A DNA stretch of 64,000 nt from Escherichia phage vB_EcoM-RPN187: the sequence record OL770074.2, one strand, 5' to 3'. The position numbers and the translations under genes were made by a program. Of the stretch, positions 1-9,069 are shown one piece after another. A model generated the notes under the pieces. That model was not told the origin of the DNA, made no database searches, and saw only the letters and a list, made by a program, of their open reading frames with translations. Within the stretch, counting starts at the first letter, position 1; each line of letters starts with the position of its first letter.

Positions 1-2214
1 TTATTTGGCCGCTTCCACGGCCTTCATGAATTTAACGATTTGAGCGACCTGTTCTTTAGAAAGAGTACCACGTCGTCCCATGTATTCTGACACAATATGA
101 TAATTGGTTTCAAATTCAATAACCATTTTATCATCATTATCGTAAGCATTATCTTTAAGCTTATCGAAAATTTTAGCACACAATTCTAACTTCTTATTCA
201 GATCTCTGTTAGTAGCACCTGAGAATCGATTCCATCCCCAACGATTATTTACTGTTGAAAGTTTTGCAAAATCTTTACTGATTTCTTTGTTCTTAGAGCT
301 AAAATACTTACTAAGGAAGTTAAGCTCTTCATTACGAGTAATATGATTCAAATAAGGCTGTGCTCTACGACTTGGTGATACATACTCATCATAATCCACT
401 TTATCAATTAGCGTAATATAGTCATTAATTGATTTTTCGAACAAGCATTCTACTTCACCAAGTTTACGAACTTTCTTAGCAATCTGTGGACGGACTACAG
501 TGAACTCTTTAATACCTGACAAATCAGCAATACGGGTCAAGAAATTGGAGTCATAGTTCAACCAACCTTTATCTGCGTCAAGACATTCAGCATTAGAACG
601 ATTACGAACTATAGCATAACCTTGGATTTCATCAGCTTCACTCGCTGGAATAAAGAGATCTTCTGATACCCAAACATCGTTTTCATTCTTAAAGAACCGA
701 TGAGCACTTGGGGATTTAGGACGAGGCCCATTAGAACGAGTCTTGACTTCAATCCATGGCTTAACGATTTGTAAAAGCTCTGAAGTCTTGTACATGTTAA
801 TGTTGTCGCCATCAAAGATAACTTTAAGGCGTTCCAGAAGTTTCATTGCATCTTCGTCTGTAGGGTCAACGAATAGTACGCTTTTACCAAAACCGCTTGG
901 AACTTTACCGGTTAATTTAACCTCGTCTTTAGACATTTCAATTGAATTAAGAGCTCGCATTAATGGAACACGTCCCTTAACGTCGTCAATAACAATTTCA
1001 ACGTTTTTAATGTTAATGCCAATCAGACTGTTAATTGAAATAGTTGCAGATGAGCTACCACTTTCACGAATACGACGAAGACGAGGGTCTTCAATGATAT
1101 CGTATACGACGCCGAGATTACACCATTCAGGTCCCATTTTAAAACGTTTGTACAACTCAGAATAAGTTAGCTGTTCTTTAGAATATTTCAGTGATTCAAT
1201 ATTAGTCCCAGCCTTTTCCATGTATTTGCGAGCGGTATAGCCAAGAGAATCAATTTCACGGAACACATGACGCGGGTATTTACAATCAATCCATTTCTTA
1301 GAATCTTCAGCAAATAATTTTGCATCGATTTCTGCAACACGTTTATGGATATTTGCTACTGTACGTTTATCAAATGACAATGCTTCACGAGACGGGGCTA
1401 CATCTAGTTCACCCATAGGGAATTTAATATAAGCTGTAGTGCATCGCGTCATCATCCATGTTTGTTCTTTAATAACACTTCCGATTGGATATACAATACC
1501 ACCATAAACAGCCATGATATTACCACGTTCACCCCATGGAGCTTCCTTGGCTAAATAAACATCATCGAATTCCGGGAAGTATTTGATATCTTTAACACCA
1601 CGAACTTCTGCAATATCGCCGAGAGGACGCATAACATAAGCAATTTCGGATGCGAACTTTTCAAAATCTTCTGGGTTAACAGGCACAACTACTTCTACAC
1701 CCGTACGGTCATCAGGACCCATCTTATCTACGAAGGTTGGCTTAATCTGTGGACCGCTGTCATCTTGATAAATTACATAACCACGAACTTCACCATTGTG
1801 ATAAGACGTAAGGTTAAACGTATCGGTATATGCTAGTGGAGCTTTAGAGCCGAGTCCGAATCCACCAATGAAATCGTTACTCGATGTTTTAGTTGAAGCA
1901 AAATATGAGTTATAGATTCCTGGCTCTTCGTCATTACCTCGAATGGTGAAATCACTCATACCAGGACCAAAGTCTCGAACTACAAAACGTGGGTCTAAAC
2001 GACCTGGAGCCTGAACAATAAACTTATCAGTGCAACCATTAAGAATTTGACCATCGATACAGTTTGTGATTAATTCACGTACACAAGCCAATTCTTTGTT
2101 TGTATAAAGGTCATTAGACAAAATCTTATAAACTTTGCTATTGCCTTGAATAGTAAATGCTGTGCTCTTACCGCCTGAACCAATAATCGTTTCTTTAGCC
2201 GTTTCAATAATCAT
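1..2214 (-). CDS. rIIA: rIIA protein (N-terminal GHKL/HSP90-like ATPase fold)
   Basis: 737 aa ORF, ATG at 2214..2212, stop at window nt 1-3; size and position match T4 rIIA; followed by rIIA.1-size ORF. Confidence 0.88.
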   Translation of the reverse strand: MIIETAKETIIGSGGKSTAFTIQGNSKVYKILSNDLYTNKELACVRELITNCIDGQILNGCTDKFIVQAPGRLDPRFVVRDFGPGMSDFTIRGNDEEPGIYNSYFASTKTSSNDFIGGFGLGSKAPLAYTDTFNLTSYHNGEVRGYVIYQDDSGPQIKPTFVDKMGPDDRTGVEVVVPVNPEDFEKFASEIAYVMRPLGDIAEVRGVKDIKYFPEFDDVYLAKEAPWGERGNIMAVYGGIVYPIGSVIKEQTWMMTRCTTAYIKFPMGELDVAPSREALSFDKRTVANIHKRVAEIDAKLFAEDSKKWIDCKYPRHVFREIDSLGYTARKYMEKAGTNIESLKYSKEQLTYSELYKRFKMGPEWCNLGVVYDIIEDPRLRRIRESGSSSATISINSLIGINIKNVEIVIDDVKGRVPLMRALNSIEMSKDEVKLTGKVPSGFGKSVLFVDPTDEDAMKLLERLKVIFDGDNINMYKTSELLQIVKPWIEVKTRSNGPRPKSPSAHRFFKNENDVWVSEDLFIPASEADEIQGYAIVRNRSNAECLDADKGWLNYDSNFLTRIADLSGIKEFTVVRPQIAKKVRKLGEVECLFEKSINDYITLIDKVDYDEYVSPSRRAQPYLNHITRNEELNFLSKYFSSKNKEISKDFAKLSTVNNRWGWNRFSGATNRDLNKKLELCAKIFDKLKDNAYDNDDKMVIEFETNYHIVSEYMGRRGTLSKEQVAQIVKFMKAVEAAK

Positions 2215-2226
2215 ATTTTTCTCTCA

Positions 2227-2427
2227 TCACAAGTTACGTTTAAAAATTTCTGCTACTTCAAGAAGTTCTTCTTTAGTAGCTGTATCGGTTTGTATTTTAT
2301 ATCGAATTTCCTTAAAGCGTTCTTTAAAGGCTTCAGCTGATTCGATATCAAAAAATCTTTGGATAAGCCGGAATTCCCGGAGCACAGCTTTATCAAAAAG
2401 TTCCAAGTCCACGTTATATGTTCTCAT
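2227..2427 (-). CDS. hypothetical small protein (rIIA.1 position)
   Basis: 66 aa ORF with ATG start directly upstream of rIIA. Confidence 0.5.
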   Translation of the reverse strand: MRTYNVDLELFDKAVLREFRLIQRFFDIESAEAFKERFKEIRYKIQTDTATKEELLEVAEIFKRNL

Positions 2428-2451
2428 AATATTCTCTTCAGTAGATTCCTA

Positions 2452-2503
2452 GGGCACTATTACTAAAGACCATATAATCTATCATCTTATGTGTAATAGT
2501 GCC
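2452..2503. repeat. 11-bp perfect inverted repeat (ggcactattac / gtaatagtgcc) with 29-nt loop, rIIA.1-upstream intergenic
   Basis: read directly from sequence. Confidence 0.6.
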
Positions 2504-2519
2504 TCAGGCTATTCAGGAT

Positions 2520-3620
2520 TTACGCTGTGAAGATTTTATCCCACATCGCAACAACTGCATCTCGATTATACTTCTTCCATACTGCTTCAGCACGTTTAAC
2601 TCGAGCTTCGTATGTGTCAGTGAATTCTAATACAGCTTTTGTGTAAAGCGCAACTACTTCTTTCTTAGGAGTAGAGGAATCAATTTCTACACGCACAGTA
2701 TCTGGGTCGTATTCGAATGTCGCATGAGGATAATCCTTAAAAACTAACTGGATTACAGGGACACCTTTAGAGATAGCTTCAATAGAACTATTCTCTACTG
2801 TACCTGTGTCAGGACACGTATTAATAAGTGCTTTAGCTGTTTTAAGACGTTCCATGATTTCACTGTGTGGAGCATCAATAATAACAGGATATTTAGCTGG
2901 TGGTGCCCATTTACTAGGACAGTATCCTACACCATTTTCGCCTAGTGCTTTAATCGCTTCAAGAGCAACATCAGTACGACGCATTTTAGTGTCATAACGT
3001 TGTGCACTAATAATCAAATCAGTCGCCGGAAGAACTTCCGGTTTTTCAGTCAAACAAATAACCGGATAATCTTCGGCTTCAAACAATGGATTTGCTCGCC
3101 AATAATCATAATCAATTTTGTCAGTCAGACCTGAAGTCATATAACAATATTTGCGTTCAAATTCACGGAAGGCTTTAGTAGGAGCATAACTCTTACCACC
3201 ATTCTTATGAATTTGAATAGTCTGGTCCCAAATTTGAACAATGCCACGAGATACTGGTTCAAATGGTGTTGCCATAAAATTCTTATGAACTTTAGAGAGA
3301 CCTGCGTCTTTAATTGCCTGAACGGTTAGTTTAGTCGGTTCCATAGTAACAACAAAATCGTATTCATGGATGCCGGCTAGTTCAACAATCTTACGAGCCA
3401 TAGTATAACTCATACCTAGACTGAATTTAGTCAGATGACCAACAGGATGGTGTGTAACTTTCCAGTCACCAAACGTGTCATTATCAAAGCCGATATAATC
3501 AATATCAGCACCAATAGAAACTAAATATTTCAACACATTTAAATGTACTGCTTCAAGGCCACCTTGTACACGGTCAGGATTAAATGGGACTGCACGAGAT
3601 GGGATAAACATAACTTTCAT
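2520..3620 (-). CDS. GT-B fold glycosyltransferase; candidate DNA (hmC) sugar transferase, Aat-like
   Basis: 366 aa; C-terminal GTVENSSIEAISKGVPVIQ resembles the E..EA..G.PVI sugar-donor motif of GT-B (GT4-like) enzymes; sits between rIIA.1 and gp39. Confidence 0.65.
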   Translation of the reverse strand: MKVMFIPSRAVPFNPDRVQGGLEAVHLNVLKYLVSIGADIDYIGFDNDTFGDWKVTHHPVGHLTKFSLGMSYTMARKIVELAGIHEYDFVVTMEPTKLTVQAIKDAGLSKVHKNFMATPFEPVSRGIVQIWDQTIQIHKNGGKSYAPTKAFREFERKYCYMTSGLTDKIDYDYWRANPLFEAEDYPVICLTEKPEVLPATDLIISAQRYDTKMRRTDVALEAIKALGENGVGYCPSKWAPPAKYPVIIDAPHSEIMERLKTAKALINTCPDTGTVENSSIEAISKGVPVIQLVFKDYPHATFEYDPDTVRVEIDSSTPKKEVVALYTKAVLEFTDTYEARVKRAEAVWKKYNRDAVVAMWDKIFTA

Positions 3621-3662
3621 AATTAAGCCTTATTAAAATTAAAATGAAACTCCCGAAGGAGC

Positions 3663-5480
3663 TTAGGACATCCATTCTTTACGAAGTTCTGAATCGTCAC
3701 CCAACAACATTTCAAAGAGTTCTTTCCAATTTTCAGGAAGTTTAACTACGTCGTACACAGGGTTCTGAATCATTTCACGATATTCTGACTTTTCAAGGGA
3801 GCCTAATCCCTTGATGTATCGAATACTATGCTTAGGAAGTGTATCTTTAGCTTCTTCATACTCAGCTACAGTATAAAACCATTTTTGAGTTTTGCCAATT
3901 TGTGCAATAATTACAGGCGTTTTAACAAAGCGAATACGTCCTTGTTCAAACAATTCAGGCCAATTACTAAAGAAAGCAAGCAAAGCCGGATAAATACTTC
4001 CAAGACCATCATGATCGGCATCGGTCATAATTGCAATATTACGATAGTTCGTATTCTCTGCCTTTTCACCAAGAATAAGACCTGTGATAGCACAGATATC
4101 AAAGAGCTCTTTGTTCTTCATCATATCGGCATATGACATACCCCAGCTATTCATCACCTTACCACGTAATGGGAATCCGCCGTGTAGTTCACGGTCACGA
4201 ACATCAATGAGATAACCAATTGCCGAATCACCTTCTGTTAAAAACAATGTCGTATCTGCATCTTTACCACATTGGTTAGCTTTAATATGCTTATGAACCT
4301 TAGCTTTAGTTGCCTTTTTAGCTGCTTTAGTTTCTGCAGCCTTTTCTGCCGCCAATTTACGAGCTAATGCTGCTTCAACAATAGGCATAATCAAGGCTTC
4401 GTTTTTAAGAAGTGCCTGAGCAATTTTCTTAGCATCTAATTGGATATGATTACGAATATCACCATACGTTGACGTTAAACGTTCTTTAGTCTGAGAATCA
4501 AAACGCATGTTGCTCATGTCTCTAATAAACATCAACATTGTGAGGCATTCTTTAACACGAGCTTTAGTGACTTCAATACCCTTATATTTCTTTTTAATGC
4601 CAGGCAAAAGATGTTCGCAAATATCATCCATTACACATTCAACATGATGACCACCATTTTTAGTATGGATGTTATTCACATAAGTTAAATGACGGAAGCC
4701 ATCTGGTGATGTTGTGAATGCTATAGAGACTTTATCATTTTCTTGAATGATGTTATCTTCACCAAATTGTTTAGCAAATCGTTTAAAATTACCATCAACC
4801 TTTTTACCATTAAATGTGAACTTGATATCAGGATAAACGACTGCCAATGTTTGAAGACGGTCTAAAGTAATATCTAAATAAATTTGAGATAAATTATGCT
4901 CTTCAAATGAAGAGAAATCAGGAGTGAAGATTACTTTAGTGCCTTTACCTTTAGATTTCTTAGAAGACCATGATTTGTTTTCCATTCCGTTTGAACAGTT
5001 AACAGTGATTTCATTTTCGCCATCTGACGTGATGCCTGTAAACAACGTAGAGAAGATATTAGTTAAACTACTCCCGACGCCGTTCATACCACCAGTCTTG
5101 CGTTCAGAGTCGTCACCAAAGTTACCGCCAGCCTTTGGAATAGTCCAGGCTGCTACAGGCCCAGGAATCTGTTCACCATTTTGGTCGGTGACCATTGCTT
5201 GAGGAATACCACGTCCGTTATCTTCCACTGAGACTTGATTATTTTTAATTTGCACATCAATTTTATTTGCAAACTTAAATGATGTACGAATAGCTTCATC
5301 AACCGAGTTGTCAATAATCTCATCGATTAATTTAACCAGACCAGGAACATATTCAACTTGTTGATATTTACCAAACAAAAAACGCTCGTGGGCTTCTTTG
5401 GCCGAAGAACCAATATACATGCCACTACGTTTCTTAATATGTTCTACATCTGACAATACCTTAATTTCATTTTTAATCAT
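3663..5480 (-). CDS. 39: DNA topoisomerase II large (ATPase, GyrB-like) subunit, unsplit gp39 including the gp60 segment
   Basis: 605 aa, GHKL ATPase motifs, strong SD GAGGAG; T4 has this as two genes 39 (516 aa) + 60. Confidence 0.9.
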   Translation of the reverse strand: MIKNEIKVLSDVEHIKKRSGMYIGSSAKEAHERFLFGKYQQVEYVPGLVKLIDEIIDNSVDEAIRTSFKFANKIDVQIKNNQVSVEDNGRGIPQAMVTDQNGEQIPGPVAAWTIPKAGGNFGDDSERKTGGMNGVGSSLTNIFSTLFTGITSDGENEITVNCSNGMENKSWSSKKSKGKGTKVIFTPDFSSFEEHNLSQIYLDITLDRLQTLAVVYPDIKFTFNGKKVDGNFKRFAKQFGEDNIIQENDKVSIAFTTSPDGFRHLTYVNNIHTKNGGHHVECVMDDICEHLLPGIKKKYKGIEVTKARVKECLTMLMFIRDMSNMRFDSQTKERLTSTYGDIRNHIQLDAKKIAQALLKNEALIMPIVEAALARKLAAEKAAETKAAKKATKAKVHKHIKANQCGKDADTTLFLTEGDSAIGYLIDVRDRELHGGFPLRGKVMNSWGMSYADMMKNKELFDICAITGLILGEKAENTNYRNIAIMTDADHDGLGSIYPALLAFFSNWPELFEQGRIRFVKTPVIIAQIGKTQKWFYTVAEYEEAKDTLPKHSIRYIKGLGSLEKSEYREMIQNPVYDVVKLPENWKELFEMLLGDDSELRKEWMS

Positions 5481-5525
5481 GTTGTCTCCTCGTTATGAAG
5501 GTATTCTATCATCCGAAATCTAAAG

Positions 5526-5544
5526 CAAAAAGGGCCGAAGCCCT
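5526..5544 (-). terminator. intrinsic terminator-like hairpin (AGGGC-UUCG-GCCCU) followed by U-run on minus strand
   Basis: hairpin with cgaa/UUCG loop immediately after stop of ORF 5544..5969, A-run on plus. Confidence 0.5.
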
Positions 5545-5969
5545 TATTTAAATTTAATTTTCTGAAGTGCATCAATTGCAGCCAAACGCCCTTGTTCACT
5601 TTTAACTGTAATGACCACATCGCCTGATACGATCACCGAACCATCAACAAATTCTATAGAGCCTTTTTTGAAATCGACAGCTGTATCTGGTTCCGGAACT
5701 TCTTCAAAGAATTTAAATTCTGCACCATAAATCAGAATATCACCTTGCATACTATGAATAGTTCGGCCATAATCGCCTACGGCTTCTACAGCAATCACCG
5801 AAACGCCGTAACCAATCATCTCTTCCACAATAAAATCTTTGGACAATAAAGTAGTATGCAGATTAGTATTAAGACGTTTACCAGTCGTATTAAGCATTCT
5901 CAAGAAATTATCTTCTTGACCTTTGATAATACGATATTTCTTACCAACTTCAAAACCTTTAAAAGCCAT
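5544..5969 (-). CDS. hypothetical protein
   Basis: 141 aa ORF, ATG start. Confidence 0.55.
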   Translation of the reverse strand: MAFKGFEVGKKYRIIKGQEDNFLRMLNTTGKRLNTNLHTTLLSKDFIVEEMIGYGVSVIAVEAVGDYGRTIHSMQGDILIYGAEFKFFEEVPEPDTAVDFKKGSIEFVDGSVIVSGDVVITVKSEQGRLAAIDALQKIKFK

Positions 5970-5971
5970 AA

Positions 5972-6151
5972 TTAACCCTTCTTAAGTAAGTCGTAAAAAC
6001 CACCGTTCACATGTTTAGGAGCAGAAACCCGACGAGTAGACAGACGATGACATTCAGGGCAAACATCGGTTTCTCGTTCAGAAATCCTTTTAATTTTTTC
6101 ATATTCATGACCACAATCTTCAGATTGACATTTATAGTCGTATAACGGCAT
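5972..6151 (-). CDS. FmdB-family zinc-ribbon small protein (59 aa)
   Basis: my own translation MPLYDYKCQSEDCGHEYE...CPEC; below ORF-track cutoff; fits between neighbours with TAATAATG junction. Confidence 0.5.
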   Translation of the reverse strand: MPLYDYKCQSEDCGHEYEKIKRISERETDVCPECHRLSTRRVSAPKHVNGGFYDLLKKG

Positions 6152-6153
6152 TA

Positions 6154-6564
6154 TTATTCCTTAAAATGTGCTTTCAACATTTGATACAAAGACCATGCCT
6201 GGTCGTTATTTTCGATAGTAATCGTCATCACCGGAAATTCAGACAATTCGTCAAGTTCATCAGAATCTTGCTCTTCGGACGCTTGATATGGATTTTCAAC
6301 TTCATCAAAGAACTCTGCTTCATTCGTGGAGAGCCAGATAAAGTTTTCATCAAGGATATCACCACCTGTTGCGTATCCAACCGTGCCAGTAGATGTCACA
6401 ATTTTAGTAGGACGTCCGAGATGGTCAACATCTAAAATTTTAAAAGGTTCCATGCCAAGACGTCGTGCATAAATCCCATTATCAGTGTGGTCTTTAATAA
6501 ACTCTTCTTGGGCACGTTTATCTATAAATTGGTACCATGAGTTAACTCGGAATTTATTAGCCAT
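6154..6564 (-). CDS. hypothetical acidic protein
   Basis: ORF-track start is TTG; first ATG (MANKFRV) has SD AAGGAAA. Confidence 0.55.
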   Translation of the reverse strand: MANKFRVNSWYQFIDKRAQEEFIKDHTDNGIYARRLGMEPFKILDVDHLGRPTKIVTSTGTVGYATGGDILDENFIWLSTNEAEFFDEVENPYQASEEQDSDELDELSEFPVMTITIENNDQAWSLYQMLKAHFKE

Positions 6565-6791
6565 TAGTAAGTTTCCTTCCAATAAGTTGTACCATTTTCA
6601 GTGATTTCACGGAAGATACCATAGATAGGCATTTCATCACCGAGTTTTTCGTAAACGTAAACCACTTCAGTGTAGCATAAAAATTCTGTCCAGTTTTTCT
6701 GTACAACAACTAAATCAGGATTAAACAGAACATCTTCAAACTCATCGATGTTTGAATCAGTAGTTACATTTTTAATGATTTGGCGTTTCAT
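6564..6791 (-). CDS. hypothetical protein (75 aa)
   Basis: ORF-track N-terminus translates the promoter cassette; ATG (MKRQII) with SD GAGGAG chosen. Confidence 0.5.
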   Translation of the reverse strand: MKRQIIKNVTTDSNIDEFEDVLFNPDLVVVQKNWTEFLCYTEVVYVYEKLGDEMPIYGIFREITENGTTYWKETY

Positions 6792-6819
6792 AATATTCTC
6801 CTCTTGTTTTGATAGGTCT

Positions 6820-6849
6820 ATAGTATCATAGGCCATAGTTGTTGTACAT
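6820..6849 (-). promoter_or_regulatory. early-type promoter cassette, variant -35 TGTACA, -10 TACTAT
   Basis: member of gataggtctata repeat family upstream of gene start. Confidence 0.4.
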
Positions 6850-7373
6850 CATTTTAGCAAAATAAAATCAACTTGTTCTGCCAATGAACGTCTGAACATT
6901 AATTGACAACTTCCGAGGATGAAATCAGGTGCTTCATAGACCGCGATGTAGTATCCTTTAGCTTTCAAGAGTTCAACATCCACCTGGTCATCAAACCATG
7001 CATAAACCGCGTCAACACTTTCAAATCCAAAATAGAACCCTTTAGCCCAATCTTCACTCAATTCAAATGTTTGCTCAATTCTATAGTATCTTAAGATATT
7101 TTGTTCAAGGAGTTTGTCTTCATTTACTGTAGGACGATTAGGGACATTGTAGTTGTCGCCGTGATGGTAGAAGTTACCTGAGAGTATTCCATGCTTATCA
7201 AGGAACTCCCATGTTTCTTCAGAGTTGTCGGTGCCCGACCAACCGTATGGCGAACGAGGTTCTTTATTCCAAGAGGTTTCCCAAATTCTGACGGCTTTAC
7301 CATCTTCGATAGCAATTCCTGGTAATGATTCACGTTGAGTACAAAAACTACGTTCTACGCGGTAAACTAACAT
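6849..7373 (-). CDS. hypothetical protein
   Basis: 174 aa, ATG start. Confidence 0.55.
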   Translation of the reverse strand: MLVYRVERSFCTQRESLPGIAIEDGKAVRIWETSWNKEPRSPYGWSGTDNSEETWEFLDKHGILSGNFYHHGDNYNVPNRPTVNEDKLLEQNILRYYRIEQTFELSEDWAKGFYFGFESVDAVYAWFDDQVDVELLKAKGYYIAVYEAPDFILGSCQLMFRRSLAEQVDFILLK

Positions 7374-7398
7374 ATTATTCTCCTCTGGTTGTTATGGT

Positions 7399-7427
7399 TA
7401 TAATATCAAAACCAGAGGAGAAGTAAA
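7399..7427 (-). promoter_or_regulatory. early promoter cassette: -35 GTTTAC, 17-nt spacer, -10 TATTAT; flanked by 9-bp inverted repeat overlapping the SD
   Basis: read on minus strand; arms cctctggtt 7381-7389 and aaccagagg 7410-7418. Confidence 0.6.
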
Positions 7428-7432
7428 CAACT

Positions 7433-7852
7433 TTATGCGAAAGCAGCTGGGCTATATTTTTTAATTTGGAATTCAGGAACTACCATGAACTGACCAGCGA
7501 AAACGATGTTATAAAGCTTAACACCATCTTCTACCCAACGGTCGCTAATAAATCCGGCGATTTGCTTAGTTTTCCACGGTGTTCCATCAGTTGCCGCAGC
7601 AATAGTGAATTCATGGTCTTTTTCAACAGAAACTGATCTGCATAGTCCCCATTTGAATGCTTTTTCTTCCGGTTCAATGAATTGGCTTTTAACATAACCA
7701 ATGTTACCATCGGCGTCACGAACTTTAACTTCGTTACGTCCAAAAACCGGATCACTCACAGAAAGAACTTCAACCAACTTCCCGGCAACTTTAGAGCGAG
7801 AAGCAACAGATACATATACGTAATCACCTGTAGAGAGATTTACAATATTCAT
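7433..7852 (-). CDS. hypothetical protein, paralog of 7862..8317
   Basis: 139 aa; shares SRSK.AG.LVEV and GFISD.WVEDG.KLYNIVF motifs with neighbour. Confidence 0.55.
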   Translation of the reverse strand: MNIVNLSTGDYVYVSVASRSKVAGKLVEVLSVSDPVFGRNEVKVRDADGNIGYVKSQFIEPEEKAFKWGLCRSVSVEKDHEFTIAAATDGTPWKTKQIAGFISDRWVEDGVKLYNIVFAGQFMVVPEFQIKKYSPAAFA

Positions 7853-7861
7853 AATAATTCC

Positions 7862-8317
7862 TTAAGCTTTACGAGGAGACACATAACGAGTGATTTCAGA
7901 TTCTTTAACAACTCGGAAGTCACCTAAGAATACGATATTGTATAACTTTTCGCCATCTTCAACCCATTGGTCACTAATGAAGCCACACATAGTATCAGTT
8001 TTGCTTGGATAACCGTATTCATCGATGAAGTCAAATTCTTTATCAGTCTGGAATTCAACACCTTTACAAAGCTCCCATTTGAACTGTACATTAGGTTCAG
8101 TAGAAGAAAAATGAGCGCTCACACGAGTTTCCAGGAATTTAGGACTTACGTAAGCGTACTGAGTATCCTGACGTCCAAAACTAGGAACGATTCGAACTTT
8201 AACTTCTTTAATGCGTCCCATGCCATTTGTGCGAAGTCCGACAACTTCAACCAGACGACCTGCGGCTTTAGACCGGGATGCAGTTGATACACGCTTAATT
8301 TCACCAATAGTAATCAT
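7862..8317 (-). CDS. hypothetical protein, paralog of 7433..7852
   Basis: start set to MITIGEIKRV (aligns with paralog); ORF-track N-terminus MEYNEF is the TATAAT promoter region. Confidence 0.55.
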   Translation of the reverse strand: MITIGEIKRVSTASRSKAAGRLVEVVGLRTNGMGRIKEVKVRIVPSFGRQDTQYAYVSPKFLETRVSAHFSSTEPNVQFKWELCKGVEFQTDKEFDFIDEYGYPSKTDTMCGFISDQWVEDGEKLYNIVFLGDFRVVKESEITRYVSPRKA

Positions 8318-8347
8318 AATTTTTCTCTCTTTGTTTAAGTTGAATTC

Positions 8348-8377
8348 ATTATACTCCATCCATCCATGGATGTAAAC
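8348..8377 (-). promoter_or_regulatory. early promoter: -35 GTTTAC, 18-nt spacer containing CCATGG palindrome, -10 TATAAT
   Basis: minus-strand read upstream of 7862..8317. Confidence 0.55.
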
Positions 8378-8382
8378 TGGTT

Positions 8383-9060
8383 TTATCGCTGTTTTACACT
8401 TAACGGGTCAGGATTTTCAGGGACATCTTCAAGACCAAGCGCATAACGCTGAGCATATTTTAACATCAAAATATCTTTAGCACAATCATGAATACTATCA
8501 TGGGCAACGAATCCTTTTAGCGTACCCATCGGTAATGGACACATACTTAATCCTCGTGTCAACGAGTAAGCTTCGATTGCCGTACGAATATCGCGTTGAG
8601 CCCAGAATTTAACCGGTTCTAATTTATCAGTATCAATATCTGGTTCAAGAACACCTTCATCACGATAGAGGTCACGAATCAAATCGACCAAGATCGGGAA
8701 GTCAAAGCTCATACCACGGCACCACATCTGTGATTTCCATTGGTCAACTTTATTAGCTCGGCAATAGTCTAAAAAGATTTTAATGCCTTCAAGCGTAGTG
8801 ACATCGTCTTCAGACGGAGCCAAGTTTTTACGTGCTTCAGCCGATTGTTCTTTCCACCATTTCATAGTGGATTTAGCGAAAACTCGCTTCCCTTTCTGAG
8901 AAGCTAAATTAAATTTAATTCGCTTACCTCGTTGAACAAGTTCTTCAAATGATTCAACAACTTCAGGGTCGGAATTATATGCAATAACCGCAAGGTCAAT
9001 AACAGCCGCTTTTGATGTATTGCCGAATGTTTCAAAATCTATAATAACATCAGTGCTCAT
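8383..9060 (-). CDS. dexA: exonuclease A (DEDD 3'-5' exonuclease)
   Basis: 225 aa; N-terminal IIDFETFG exo motif; T4 dexA position and size. Confidence 0.8.
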   Translation of the reverse strand: MSTDVIIDFETFGNTSKAAVIDLAVIAYNSDPEVVESFEELVQRGKRIKFNLASQKGKRVFAKSTMKWWKEQSAEARKNLAPSEDDVTTLEGIKIFLDYCRANKVDQWKSQMWCRGMSFDFPILVDLIRDLYRDEGVLEPDIDTDKLEPVKFWAQRDIRTAIEAYSLTRGLSMCPLPMGTLKGFVAHDSIHDCAKDILMLKYAQRYALGLEDVPENPDPLSVKQR

Positions 9061-9069
9061 AATTTTCTC

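Noticed and set aside
609-1165. Plus-strand ORFs (609..815, 743..1165 and many similar throughout the track) lying inside large minus-strand genes
   Set aside because: They are entirely embedded in well-supported genes (rIIA, gp39, gp43, gp46, nrdD, etc.), lack SD sequences and have low-complexity composition; treated as shadow ORFs.
6564-6836. Shared peptide IDLSKQEEN at the start of two ORF-track proteins as a conserved protein domain
   Set aside because: It is the translation of the repeated promoter cassette (gataggtctata core); real starts are the downstream SD-preceded ATGs.
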